Of a DNA stretch of 34,274 bases, positions 17,543 to 27,703 are shown piece by piece. The position numbers and the translations under genes are program-made. The notes under the pieces were generated by a model. The model did not search any database. It had not been told where the DNA came from and worked only from the letters and a program-made list of their open reading frames with translations. Numbering within the stretch: the first letter of the stretch is position 1; the number at the start of each line of letters is the position of its first letter. Origin of the DNA: Fidelibacterota bacterium (lineage in GTDB: Bacteria; Fidelibacterota; Marinisomatia; Marinisomatales; UBA2128); contig JBHHUM010000020.1 in assembly GCA_046861645.1 (NCBI GenBank), positions 1 through 34,274 of the forward strand. Reading direction: 5' to 3'.

Positions 17543-19732
17543 ATGATGAAAGAAATTAAGAAATCTATGGAAATAGGTGATCGTACACTCACCTTGGAAA
17601 CAGGTACTATGGCCAGACAGTCCGCCGGTTCTGTACTGGTAACTTATGGAGAGACTGTGATATTAGTAGCTGTAAATGCAAATCCGGAGCCAAGAGAGGG
17701 TATCGACTTTTTTCCTCTGTCGGTAGAATACCGGGAGCGGGGTTATGCAGCTGGTAAGATTCCAGGTGGATACTTCAAAAGAGAAGGGAGACCCACCGAG
17801 AAGGAAATTCTTGCGGCACGACTTACAGACCGCCCTATTCGTCCCCTGTTCCCCGAAGGATTCCGCTGCGAAACTCAGATTTTCATTAACCTGTTATCTA
17901 CCGATCAGGAGAATCCTGCAGACACTATTGGAACTATCGGTACTTCGGTGGCGCTCATGGCTTCTGATATTCCCTGGAATGGTCCCATCGCTGCTGTTAG
18001 AATTGGATTAATTGATGGTAAAATGATTCTAAATCCAACATATCAGCAACTTGAAAAAAGTCATCTTGACTTGGTAGTAACTGGAAAGGAAGATAAAGTA
18101 ATCATGATGGAAGGCGAAGCCAAGGAGACTTCTGAAGATGAAGTATTAGCTGCAGTTCAATATGCCCAGGAAGCTATCAGCGATATTATCAAGTTCCAGA
18201 GAGCATTTTGCGATGAACTGGACATTTCTAAACGTGTCGTAGAAGATATCTCAATTGATGGTGAATTAGAAGCAAAGGTACTGTCTTTGATCGGAGATAA
18301 GATTCCACTAATTCTGACAATTCATGATAAGGTTGAAAGAAAAAATGCCTTGTCAGATCTTAACGCAGAAATTGTTGAAAAATTAGAAGAAGAGTTTCCT
18401 GAACAGGGAAGTGAGATTAATTCGATTATTTCCACCCAGTATAAAAGGGAACTTCGAAAAAATCTTCTACAGAAAGGACAACGATTAGATGGGAGAGGAA
18501 TGGATGAAATCCGTCCCATATCGATAAAATTAGGGTTATTACCCAGAACTCACGGAAGTGCCCTTTTCACTCGAGGAGAGACTCAAAGCCTCTGTACAAT
18601 AACCTTAGGTTCTAAATCTGACGAACAGTACGTGGATGATATCGACGGTGAATTCAAGAAAAAGTATATGCTTCACTATAATTTTCCACCCTTTAGTGTG
18701 GGTGAGATCAGACGTTATCTGGGTTTAAGTCGTAGAGAAGTAGGCCATGGCAACCTGGCGGAAAGAGCTCTGAAAAGCGTGCTCCCCAAGTTTGAAGATT
18801 TTCCCTATACAGTACGAGTAGTTTCAGACATTCTTGAATCTAATGGTTCCTCATCCATGGCATCAGTATGTGCTGGTTCACTGGCTTTAATGGATGCCGG
18901 TGTACCAATTTCTTCAGCTGTGGCTGGTGTGACTGTAGGACTAATAAAAGAAGATGATGACGAAGTTCTGTTCACAGATATTATTGGAGAGGAAGATCAT
19001 TACGGTGATATGGATTTCAAAGTTGCGGGAACCTCAAACGGGATTACTTCCATCCAAGTCGATCTTAAGATTGATGGCATCAGTAAAACCTTAATTGAAC
19101 AGATTCTGACCAGAGCTAGAGCTGGCAGGAGACACATTCTAGGAATTATGAAAGACGCTATTGATAGTCCTCGGGCAGAACTGTCAGCCTTTGCACCGAA
19201 AATAGTTCAAACGACTATCAGTCCAGAAAAGATCGGAGAACTCATCGGTCCCGGTGGACGGAACATTCGCAACATTATCAAAGAAAGCGGTTGTGATATT
19301 GAGGTAGATGATGATGGTGTTGTTGTCATTTCATCCATGTCCGCAGAAGATTGCATCCGAGGAAAACAGATGGTGGAAATGATGGTCAAAGAACCCGAAG
19401 TAGGACTGATCTTTGAAGGTAAGGTTCGCAGGATTACCAATTTCGGTGCCTTTGTGGAATTAGTTCCAGGAAAGGAAGGTTTATTGCATATCAGCGAGAT
19501 TGCGTATGAGCGAACTAACCGGGTGGAAGATGTCCTAAAACTTAATCAGACAGTCAGGGTGAAGGTCATTGAAATAGGTGACTTTGGCAAATTTGATGTC
19601 AGTATGAAAGCACTAAAGGAACCACCTGAGGGTTATATTGATAGACCAAGAAAACCTCGAAATAACAGGGGTGGACGTCCCAATCAAAAAAGACATGATC
19701 GAGGAAAGCATCCTCGTCATCAGAGTCAATAA
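17543..19732 (+). CDS. pnp: Polyribonucleotide nucleotidyltransferase (PNPase)
   Basis: DFFPLSV, RLTDRPIRPLF, HGSALFTRGETQ, SNGSSSMASVC, GDMDFKVAG, and KH and S1 domains. Confidence 0.99.
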   Translation: MMKEIKKSMEIGDRTLTLETGTMARQSAGSVLVTYGETVILVAVNANPEPREGIDFFPLSVEYRERGYAAGKIPGGYFKREGRPTEKEILAARLTDRPIRPLFPEGFRCETQIFINLLSTDQENPADTIGTIGTSVALMASDIPWNGPIAAVRIGLIDGKMILNPTYQQLEKSHLDLVVTGKEDKVIMMEGEAKETSEDEVLAAVQYAQEAISDIIKFQRAFCDELDISKRVVEDISIDGELEAKVLSLIGDKIPLILTIHDKVERKNALSDLNAEIVEKLEEEFPEQGSEINSIISTQYKRELRKNLLQKGQRLDGRGMDEIRPISIKLGLLPRTHGSALFTRGETQSLCTITLGSKSDEQYVDDIDGEFKKKYMLHYNFPPFSVGEIRRYLGLSRREVGHGNLAERALKSVLPKFEDFPYTVRVVSDILESNGSSSMASVCAGSLALMDAGVPISSAVAGVTVGLIKEDDDEVLFTDIIGEEDHYGDMDFKVAGTSNGITSIQVDLKIDGISKTLIEQILTRARAGRRHILGIMKDAIDSPRAELSAFAPKIVQTTISPEKIGELIGPGGRNIRNIIKESGCDIEVDDDGVVVISSMSAEDCIRGKQMVEMMVKEPEVGLIFEGKVRRITNFGAFVELVPGKEGLLHISEIAYERTNRVEDVLKLNQTVRVKVIEIGDFGKFDVSMKALKEPPEGYIDRPRKPRNNRGGRPNQKRHDRGKHPRHQSQ

Positions 19733-19801
19733 CCTGATACTTATCGTCATCCTTTGAAAAGTTAATTTCTGGTCGATTTCGTTTTTTCAAGAGGAGCTTT
19801 T

Positions 19802-20554
19802 ACGACTTTACCTCCTATTCTGACATATCATAAGGTTTCAACTCATTTTGAGTGGGGATTAACCACTACGTCACCTAAGAGATTCCGTCGTCATTTAGAA
19901 ATTGCTCGGCAATCAGGTCTGACTATAGCTCCTTTATCAAGTAATGTTAATGAAAAGGGAAAAATATTTATCACGTTTGATGATGGATACGAATCAGTCT
20001 ATTCTCATGCTTTTCCACTTATCGAAGAAGCGGGGGGGAGAGGATCGGTGTTTCTCGTCAGCGATTTTATCGGTCGTCGGAATAGATGGGACTCTAATCC
20101 AGGTTTTTTATCTTTTACACATTTAACTAGACCACAGATACGGGAACTGGTACAGGCAGGTTGGACAATAGGGTCCCATACCAGAAGTCACCGGTGTCTG
20201 ATTGGAATGGTTGATAAGCAGTTGAAGTCTGAATTGAAAGAATCCCGCAAGATATTAGAAGATTTATCTGGTCATCCTGTTGAATATATAGTTCCACCTT
20301 TTGGAAAAGCTGACCGGAGAGTAATCGAAACAGCCCTGGATTGTGGATACAGGAAAATTTTATTGCCATTGACTTTTTACAGATTGAGATTCCCTGATTC
20401 CAATTGCTTGTACCGTTGGAATATTTATGCAACAGATAGTGAAAAATCTTTAGCTACTAGACTTTCCTCAGTGAACTCGAAATTACTGATTGGGAGACAA
20501 ATGGTGATTACTTTCTGCAACAACGCCAGCATAGCCACTGTAAATGTACGGTAG
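19802..20554 (+). CDS. Polysaccharide deacetylase (CE4/NodB family), apparent ACG start
   Basis: The frame is open from 19766. It encodes PILTYHKV and TFDDGY upstream of the ORF-track start at 20048, then IGSHTRSH and PFG. GAGGAG (19791-19796) lies 5 nt before ACG at 19802. Confidence 0.85.
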   Translation, partial: TTLPPILTYHKVSTHFEWGLTTTSPKRFRRHLEIARQSGLTIAPLSSNVNEKGKIFITFDDGYESVYSHAFPLIEEAGGRGSVFLVSDFIGRRNRWDSNPGFLSFTHLTRPQIRELVQAGWTIGSHTRSHRCLIGMVDKQLKSELKESRKILEDLSGHPVEYIVPPFGKADRRVIETALDCGYRKILLPLTFYRLRFPDSNCLYRWNIYATDSEKSLATRLSSVNSKLLIGRQMVITFCNNASIATVNVR

Positions 20555-20892
20555 TTTTGGGTATCGACTAGGCTTTGAATAACTTCATAGAGGACCGAAA
20601 ATGCCTTGTTATTATAAGCTTCCTGCAGGGTGAGATTGCCAGCATTTAGTGTAGACATTCATATTTACGTATATTTAGTGGAGTTACTGGTGAAATAGGG
20701 TTCTGGTGACAAACAAATGCATTAACAGGTTTTAAAACAGATTAAGAATGCTTAAGAAATTAACCATTTAGTTGCCCTCATCAAACTCGCAAATAAAATC
20801 ACCAATATGGAAGAAATTCTCAAGTAAAGTAAATCAGATAAATTAAGTTAATCCCTAAATGACATGAGTAGGATGATTAAGATAATAAGAGG

Positions 20893-21093
20893 TCAACTGT
20901 GATCCCGAACTATCCTTATGAACGGTACGTTGCCAGCCTTATTCAAACTGTAGAAGGCTATAACAAATCCTATTGGGAATAGAAGAAAACTGAGAATACA
21001 CCACGGAAGTGGATTCTTCCCGACCCATTTGGCCATCTTGTAGATAAAGGGTACACTCAGGATGGCAAGAATATTCATAATAAAACTAAGCAC
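20893..21093 (-). CDS. Small membrane protein with two TM segments
   Basis: GTG start after AAGGA. Hydrophobic hairpin with an A...GKNPLPW motif. Confidence 0.6.
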   Translation of the reverse strand: MLSFIMNILAILSVPFIYKMAKWVGKNPLPWCILSFLLFPIGFVIAFYSLNKAGNVPFIRIVRDHS

Positions 21094-21344
21094 ATTAAAT
21101 CCTTTTCTATTTTACTCAATTTAATTATAAAATTGCAAAAATAGCCCGACGATTTTGTTTAAAACTCTTATTATTGCAGTCTAGTAAAAAATAGGTGCTG
21201 TTGTAGGATATTCTGTGATTATTTCCAAGAACTCTGTCAACATTTGAAAGAATTGAAATTTCTCGACACACTTTCAACGCTGGACTTTGGTCAAATGATA
21301 AAGTATTTTCCTCTAATTCTAATACAACAAAGTGGGGCATAATC

Positions 21345-22181
21345 ATGTTTTCAAAAGATCTACTGAAAGATAAAATCATTATTATCACTGGAGGTGGTAC
21401 TGGATTGGGGAAAGCCATGGCTCACAGATTTGGTGAATTAGGTGCTAATTTAGTCATTACCAGTCGTAAACTCGATGTACTCAATGCATCAGCCGTGGAT
21501 TTACGCAAAACCGGAGCCGAGGTTTTACCGATTCAATGTGATGTCCGTAGGGAGGGAGAAGTGGAAGCTATGGTACATCAAACTATCGATAAATTTGGTG
21601 GGTTAAACATATTGGTAAATAACGCAGCTGGCAACTTTATTTCACCTACTGAGAAACTCTCAACAGGTGGTTTTAAAGTGATTGTTGATATAGTTTTACT
21701 CGGTTCCTTTAATTGCACACTGGTAGCCGGACGAGAAATGATGAAGAATGATGGTGGAGTAATTCTAAATATTGTCACCACTTATTCCTGGACTGGTTCC
21801 AGTTACGTGGTTCCATCAGCCTCAGCTAAAGCTGGTGTACTGGCTATGACTCGGTCTCTGGCAGTCGAATGGGCAAAATATGGCATTCGATCAAACGCCA
21901 TCGCCCCTGGACCTTTTCCCACCGAAGGAGCTTGGAAACGACTAGTCGTTCCAGGATTAAATATGGAGAAAAAAATGAAGAAACGCATTCCGCTAAAGAG
22001 ATTTGGTGAACTGAGGGAGTTAGCTGACTTAGCAGCATTCCTAATTAGTGATGGTTCGGCTTACATTAACGGAGAAGTGGTGACAATTGATGGTGGAGAG
22101 TGGTTGCAAGGTGCTGGAGAGTTCAACAATTTAGCTGATATACCAGATACCGTTTGGAAGATCATGGCTAAGAGAAGGTAG
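21345..22181 (+). CDS. SDR family oxidoreductase, 2,4-dienoyl-CoA reductase-like
   Basis: TGGGTGLG, NNAAGNFISP.EKLS, SASAKAG, NAIAPGP and IPLKRFG. Confidence 0.88.
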   Translation: MFSKDLLKDKIIIITGGGTGLGKAMAHRFGELGANLVITSRKLDVLNASAVDLRKTGAEVLPIQCDVRREGEVEAMVHQTIDKFGGLNILVNNAAGNFISPTEKLSTGGFKVIVDIVLLGSFNCTLVAGREMMKNDGGVILNIVTTYSWTGSSYVVPSASAKAGVLAMTRSLAVEWAKYGIRSNAIAPGPFPTEGAWKRLVVPGLNMEKKMKKRIPLKRFGELRELADLAAFLISDGSAYINGEVVTIDGGEWLQGAGEFNNLADIPDTVWKIMAKRR

Positions 22182-22182
22182 A

Positions 22183-23841
22183 ATGGTCTCATCTCTATTT
22201 TTTATCATTACTACAATTCTCACAACCAATCTCTTAGCAGTGGAGGAGCAAAGTAACGTGATTTACACAAATGGAGAAATTTGGATTGGTGTCCCCGGCC
22301 AGCCGTTGGCTAGCACGTTGGTTATTAGAGGTGAGCGCATTGTTGCCGTTGGGGGTGAAGAACTTGTTAAGGAATATGATAGCACTAGTACTAGAGTGAT
22401 CGATTTAGAGGGTGCTTTCATAGTACCAGGTTTTATTGACAATCATACCCATTTTATGAGTGGTGGATTTCAATTAGCTGATGTAAACCTCAGCTTAGCC
22501 GATAACCAACAGCAATTTGCCAGTGCTATCCATTCGTTTGCTGAAAAGCAACCTTCAGGGCGCTGGATTACAGGAGGTCGTTGGGATCATGAACGGTGGG
22601 GAGGTGAATTACCTCGTAAAGAGTGGATCAATAAGGCTGCAGGTCAACACCCGGTATTTGTGTCCCGTCTTGATGGTCATATGGGCTTAGCCAATTCCCT
22701 GGCTTTGGATTTAGCGGGAATTACAGCTACTACTCCAGATCCCAAAGGAGGTACAATTGTCAGGGATATTTTGAATGGTGAACCGACAGGAATTCTCAAG
22801 GATGAAGCGATGAACCTGATGTTCTCAATTATACCCGAACCAACAGAAGAAGAACGGGATCAAGCTTTTGAACGGGCAATAAATCATGTTCTTTCCCTGG
22901 GAATTACTCAGGTTCAAGACATGTGCACCTGGGAAGATTACCAAACCTATATTAGAGCTGCTGAACGGAATAAACTGAAAATCCGTATACACGCTTTTGT
23001 TTATTATACCCAGTGGGAAGAGATGTTGAAACATATTCAAAATTACGGACGAGGAAATGATTGGTTGAGTATATTGGGAGCCAAGGTGATGGTTGATGGT
23101 AGTCTTGGTTCTTCAACAGCATGGTTCTATGAACCTTACCTCGATGAACCTTCCACCAGTGGATTAATGGTGACAGATACTGCTATTGTCAAAAGACTAA
23201 TGTATGATGTAGAGGAATCCGGATTACAATTAGCAGTACATGCTATAGGTGATCGTGCCAATGACTGGGTACTGGATGCCTTTACTGATCTGGAACGGAA
23301 ATATGGAAAGCGAGATCGCCGTTTCCGGATAGAACATGCCCAACATTTAACTTCTTCTGCTATTGGTCGATTTGCTACTCTTGGCGTTATTCCCTCAATG
23401 CAGCCTCCTCATTTAATCGATGATGGACGTTGGGCTGAAAAGCGAATAGGCCCTGAAGTATTAGCAGGAACTTATGCATTCCGGTCGCTTTTGGATGCTG
23501 GCGCCAGGCTAACTTTTGGCTCGGATTGGACCGTAGCACCCATTGCTCCTCTGAACGGCATTTACGCTGCTGTCACTCGCCGGACTTTAGATAATAAACA
23601 TCCTGATGGGTGGCTTCCTGAGCAAAAGATATCTATCCAGGAAGCCTTACAATGTTATACCGTGAACAATGCTTGGGGAGTTTTTAGCGAAGATGGGTTG
23701 GGTACCCTGGAAGCCGGAAAATACGCTGATTTTGTAGTTTTATCAGAAAATCTTCTGGAGATCGATCCGATTTTTCTCCAGGAAGTAAAAATCCTTAGAA
23801 CGGTAGTAGGTGGTAGGGAACAGTACACATTCTCTGAATGA
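22183..23841 (+). CDS. Exported metal-dependent amidohydrolase (Amidohydro_3, YtcJ-like)
   Basis: Signal peptide, PGFIDNHTH, K..VDGSLGS.TA, HAIGDRA, RIEHAQ, GSDW and GKYADFVVL. Confidence 0.92.
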   Translation: MVSSLFFIITTILTTNLLAVEEQSNVIYTNGEIWIGVPGQPLASTLVIRGERIVAVGGEELVKEYDSTSTRVIDLEGAFIVPGFIDNHTHFMSGGFQLADVNLSLADNQQQFASAIHSFAEKQPSGRWITGGRWDHERWGGELPRKEWINKAAGQHPVFVSRLDGHMGLANSLALDLAGITATTPDPKGGTIVRDILNGEPTGILKDEAMNLMFSIIPEPTEEERDQAFERAINHVLSLGITQVQDMCTWEDYQTYIRAAERNKLKIRIHAFVYYTQWEEMLKHIQNYGRGNDWLSILGAKVMVDGSLGSSTAWFYEPYLDEPSTSGLMVTDTAIVKRLMYDVEESGLQLAVHAIGDRANDWVLDAFTDLERKYGKRDRRFRIEHAQHLTSSAIGRFATLGVIPSMQPPHLIDDGRWAEKRIGPEVLAGTYAFRSLLDAGARLTFGSDWTVAPIAPLNGIYAAVTRRTLDNKHPDGWLPEQKISIQEALQCYTVNNAWGVFSEDGLGTLEAGKYADFVVLSENLLEIDPIFLQEVKILRTVVGGREQYTFSE

Positions 23842-24593
23842 AAATATTTAAAGAGTCTCTCGCCGAATATCTATACGCTCCTAATTCATTTCAACTTTTT
23901 GATCAAGCTCATATCTTGTCTATACTGTTGTTCTTGCTATTAGCTGTCTCGCTACCGCTTATTGCCAAACAGTATCTCAACAATCGTCAACAACAACTCC
24001 TGGGTAGCACGATGGGGTGGATCGTCACGCTCTCCTATTTATCCTGGATGATGTTGGAAATATTTGCCGAAACATTTTCAATCAAGGAGCATCTCCCATT
24101 TCATCTTTGTCGGACTGCTAATCTGGCGATGCCCTTAATCATGAGCAGGAGAAATTATCCCATATTTGAGATTATATTTTTTTGGGGTCTTTCCGGCGCC
24201 TTTCAAAGTATGCTCACTCCAGATGTCACTCACGGATTTCCTCATTACCACTTTTTCCGTTATTGGATTTCACATCACTTTATGATTGTTGCACTAATCT
24301 ATGCGGTAGTTGTTTATGGTATGAAACCCACTTGGAAAAGTTTGTGGAAAGCATTCATTGCTCTTAACCTATTTTTCCTCATCACCATACCCGTAAATCT
24401 TCTCCTTCAAGCGAACTATTTCTGGATTTGTGGGAAACCAGAAACTCCTAGTTTATTAGATTATATGGGACCCCATCCCTGGTATATATTAACAGGTGAA
24501 ATTGTGGCATTACTCCACTTTCTTGTTGTATTTTTACCTTTCAAATGGAAAGGTGAGCGCTCAAAAGTAGTACGGGAGATATCAAATAGATGA
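23838..24593 (+). CDS. TIGR02206/YwaF-family integral membrane protein
   Basis: LPFHLC, FFWG..GA.Q..LTPD, F..YW..H, NY....KP..SLLD.MGP.PWY. Confidence 0.85.
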   Translation: MKIFKESLAEYLYAPNSFQLFDQAHILSILLFLLLAVSLPLIAKQYLNNRQQQLLGSTMGWIVTLSYLSWMMLEIFAETFSIKEHLPFHLCRTANLAMPLIMSRRNYPIFEIIFFWGLSGAFQSMLTPDVTHGFPHYHFFRYWISHHFMIVALIYAVVVYGMKPTWKSLWKAFIALNLFFLITIPVNLLLQANYFWICGKPETPSLLDYMGPHPWYILTGEIVALLHFLVVFLPFKWKGERSKVVREISNR

Positions 24594-26131
24594 ATGACTC
24601 TGCCACACCTCAGATTCAGGAAGATGATAGCGGAAGTGGTTTTGCTAAAACTACCAATTTCAAGTGGTTTGGTGTTGGTTTAGTGGTATTTATTCTTATT
24701 ACTTTAATCGCTACTCCTGAATCCATGCTGATTAAAGCAAAAGAGGTTTTTCCCGATGCATCAGAAGTGGAGATTATTGCTAGGGCAAATGATATGAAGA
24801 TTATCATCGCTCTTCTGGCAATGTGTACAGTATTTTTTGCTACAGAGGCCATACCGATGCCGGCGGTGGCCCTGTTAATTGGTCTTGTTCAACTCTTTTT
24901 TGGAGTCACTGAACCTGCTCATATTGTTCGAACTTATGCCCATGATGCCGTCTGGTTCATTGCAGGTTCCTTGGCAATCGGTGCCACTTTAGTAAAACAC
25001 GGATTGGATAAAAGAATTGGCATGTTAGTAGTTAAAATATCCGGTACCAAAACAAGAAATATAGTATTAGGATTGATTCTCGGCACAGCTATACCTTCGG
25101 CATTTATCAACGAAGCATCTATAGCTCCCATGTATGTACCAATTGCCCTCGCTCTTTATACTTTAACGAATAAAACTACTGCTGCCCCACGCTTGGGTAA
25201 ATTGCTGATGATCTCTATTGCCATCGGTTGCATGGTGGGAGCTCCCATGAGTCCTACTGGTGGCGCTCGAAATGCTATCATGATTGGCTTTTTATCAAAT
25301 ATCGGTGTAGAGGTAGACTTTTTTCAATGGATGGCAATGGGCGTTTTTTACATGGTTGTTATGTCCACAATGATGACTTTTATTTTGCCTCTACTTTTCC
25401 AACCAGAGGTAAAGGATTTATCGGGAGCGGTGGCTACATTGAAGGAAGATCTTGAGCAACACGGTCAGATGACGACAAAACAGTGGTTAGTTGCTGGGAT
25501 CATGCTTCTAATGATATTCATGTGGATCACAGATAAAACTGTTACCAGGAGTATCCTTGGTTTTTCTCTGGGGTTAGGAGGCGTAGCCATCACAGGAGCG
25601 GTACTTTATATGCTGTTAGGGTTAACTTCCTGGAAGGATTACGAGACTAATGTCAGCTGGGGAGTAATCATACTCTATGCAGGTGCAATTTCCTTGGGAG
25701 CTGTATTCAAGTCCAGTGGTGCAGCAAAATGGCTGGCGGACGGTTTGATTGGATTGGTATCTCCTCTGGGTATTGAGAATGGTATTCCCCTGATATTAAT
25801 GGTTGTGGTCATTGGCGCTTTGTTAACCAATCTAATGAGCGCCGGTGCGACGGTAGCAGTGATTGGACCTGTGGTTTTAGAAATGGCTCAAACTTCGGGT
25901 ACTAATCCTCTTCTCGTGGGAGTGGGTTTGGCGATTTCTACTTCCATGGCTTTCTGGTTGGTTATTGGAACGCCAGCTAGCTCCATCGTATATGCCAGCG
26001 GTCAGTTAGATGCAAAAGATTTCATACGTATGGCGGTATTCACTTGGCCTGTAGCATTAGTAGTCATGGCATTGATGATTATCCTGTATTGGACAAGTGT
26101 CTTGGGTTATGGAGTTTTTACGGGAGGTTAG
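24590..26131 (+). CDS. DASS/SLC13 family sodium:anion (dicarboxylate/sulfate) symporter
   Basis: TEAIP, SPTGGARNAI, VSWGVIILYAGAISLG, TNLMS and GTPASSIVY; about 13 TM segments. Confidence 0.9.
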   Translation: MNDSATPQIQEDDSGSGFAKTTNFKWFGVGLVVFILITLIATPESMLIKAKEVFPDASEVEIIARANDMKIIIALLAMCTVFFATEAIPMPAVALLIGLVQLFFGVTEPAHIVRTYAHDAVWFIAGSLAIGATLVKHGLDKRIGMLVVKISGTKTRNIVLGLILGTAIPSAFINEASIAPMYVPIALALYTLTNKTTAAPRLGKLLMISIAIGCMVGAPMSPTGGARNAIMIGFLSNIGVEVDFFQWMAMGVFYMVVMSTMMTFILPLLFQPEVKDLSGAVATLKEDLEQHGQMTTKQWLVAGIMLLMIFMWITDKTVTRSILGFSLGLGGVAITGAVLYMLLGLTSWKDYETNVSWGVIILYAGAISLGAVFKSSGAAKWLADGLIGLVSPLGIENGIPLILMVVVIGALLTNLMSAGATVAVIGPVVLEMAQTSGTNPLLVGVGLAISTSMAFWLVIGTPASSIVYASGQLDAKDFIRMAVFTWPVALVVMALMIILYWTSVLGYGVFTGG

Positions 26132-26132
26132 A

Positions 26133-26474
26133 ATGTCTGAGTTTGTTATTGTCATTATCGTAGCGGTTGTCTTGATTATTGTCTTTTTCGCAGGACGAAA
26201 TCAGCAAATGAAAACCATTTCATCCAAACGATCTGAAAATATTGAGAGACATAAGACCTGGGCAGATGAATCCATATTGACTCCGGAACAGGTAGAGGAA
26301 AAATTAGAGGGTCTGCGCAAACTGATCCAAGAAGAGATTGTACCGACTCATCCTCATCGAGCTGAACTTTTAATGGAAATTGTCGAAGAGTGGGCAACCC
26401 TGAAAAAACAAGCATTTAAGGATAGACGATCCTGGGTCAGAAAACCTGATAAAAAAGATAATGGTGAATCGTAA
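26133..26474 (+). CDS. Small single-pass membrane protein
   Basis: SD GGAGGT before ATG at 26133. N-terminal TM and a helical cytoplasmic part; 1 nt after the DASS stop. Confidence 0.75.
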   Translation: MSEFVIVIIVAVVLIIVFFAGRNQQMKTISSKRSENIERHKTWADESILTPEQVEEKLEGLRKLIQEEIVPTHPHRAELLMEIVEEWATLKKQAFKDRRSWVRKPDKKDNGES

Positions 26475-26524
26475 GTTAAGATCAGTGATTTGTTGAGTGG
26501 TATGTACTAATTGATAAGTCCAGC

Positions 26525-27703
26525 TTATATCTTGATAAAGATTTTTTTTATATAAAGTATCCATAGCACTCCCAACCAAAGAAGTATCCAAGATGTGGCA
26601 AAGAAAAGTGAGCCGTTCAGGTCTCCTGCCCAGGGAACAAACAATTCGTGATATAGCCAACTATAAAGGGATCTGATTGTACCATCTTCATAGTGAATTT
26701 TAATTCTTAGAATTGTTCTGACTAAAATTCCTGATGCTACGAAAACGAAAATAGAGTTGCTTCCAAAGACAATAAACGGTTTAGCCCATCGTGTCTTATT
26801 CTTCAGTTCCATAATCCAGTAAAAAAGAGCCAGGATCAAACATGCCCAACCTGATGTCAAAAGCACATAAGTAGGTGTCCATAACTGTTTATTAATTGGA
26901 ATCTGGATACTTAGACCTGTTCCCATAGCAATACCTACCAATCCACCAAATACGAGAAAGATTAACTTTTCTCTTGGACTGTAATGACTTCGTAAAAGAT
27001 TGCCCACAAAAACTCCAGAAAGGGTAGTTGCAATGGCAGGAATAGTACTCAATAATCCTTCTGGATCGAAGGGTATACCCTTAACCGAGTAGATATTTTC
27101 TGTGGAGAAGAGAGCGAGATCTATTTGTCGTGCCAGATTACCTTCCATGCTTAAATCTCCCCTTATTCCTGAAGAATGCGGTATTAGCATCATTGCTGCC
27201 CAATAGACCATCAGTAACCCACCAGCAACATAATATTGCTCTCGTCTATTTAAATGAATAACCAGTAGGGTTGTAGCGAGATAACAGAGGGCTATTCTTT
27301 GCAAAACACCTGGGATCCTAACGCTTAAAATCGTTTCTGTTACTGAGGAGAAGGAAAAATCAGCCCACCCTTCGGCTGTAAAAGGAATTCCGAAAGTATA
27401 AGAGGAGAGAAACAGACCAAGTAAAAAAATTATCAATGATCGCTTAAAGATTTTTTTATGTATGGTGTTAATTGTATTTACACCGATTCGCGATTGAATC
27501 GAGAGAGTAATAGCAACTCCTACAATGAATAAGAAAAATGGAAAAATCAAGTCTGTAGGTGTCCAGCCATGCCATTCAGCATGGCGGAGAGGAGCATAGA
27601 TATGAGACCAGCTGCCTGGTGTATTCACCAGAATCATGGCAGCAATCGTCATTCCTCTAAAGGCATCCAGTGAAAGTAAACGTTTCTGTTTTTTAAATAT
27701 CAT
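26525..27703 (-). CDS. HGSNAT/DUF5009 (NagX-like) membrane acyltransferase
   Basis: RLLSLDAFRG.TIA.MILVN.PG, HAEWHG.TPTDL.FPFFLFIVG, GVLQRI, DPEGLLS and PINKQLWT. Confidence 0.92.
   Translation of the reverse strand: MIFKKQKRLLSLDAFRGMTIAAMILVNTPGSWSHIYAPLRHAEWHGWTPTDLIFPFFLFIVGVAITLSIQSRIGVNTINTIHKKIFKRSLIIFLLGLFLSSYTFGIPFTAEGWADFSFSSVTETILSVRIPGVLQRIALCYLATTLLVIHLNRREQYYVAGGLLMVYWAAMMLIPHSSGIRGDLSMEGNLARQIDLALFSTENIYSVKGIPFDPEGLLSTIPAIATTLSGVFVGNLLRSHYSPREKLIFLVFGGLVGIAMGTGLSIQIPINKQLWTPTYVLLTSGWACLILALFYWIMELKNKTRWAKPFIVFGSNSIFVFVASGILVRTILRIKIHYEDGTIRSLYSWLYHELFVPWAGDLNGSLFFATSWILLWLGVLWILYIKKIFIKI

Noticed and set aside
19944..20126. 60-aa ATG ORF suggesting a frameshifted deacetylase
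   Set aside because: It is out of frame. The deacetylase motifs are continuous in one frame from 19802, so no frameshift is needed.
20425..20658. 77-aa minus-strand ORF
   Set aside because: It overlaps the deacetylase 3' end antisense by 130 nt, with no SD and no recognisable motif.
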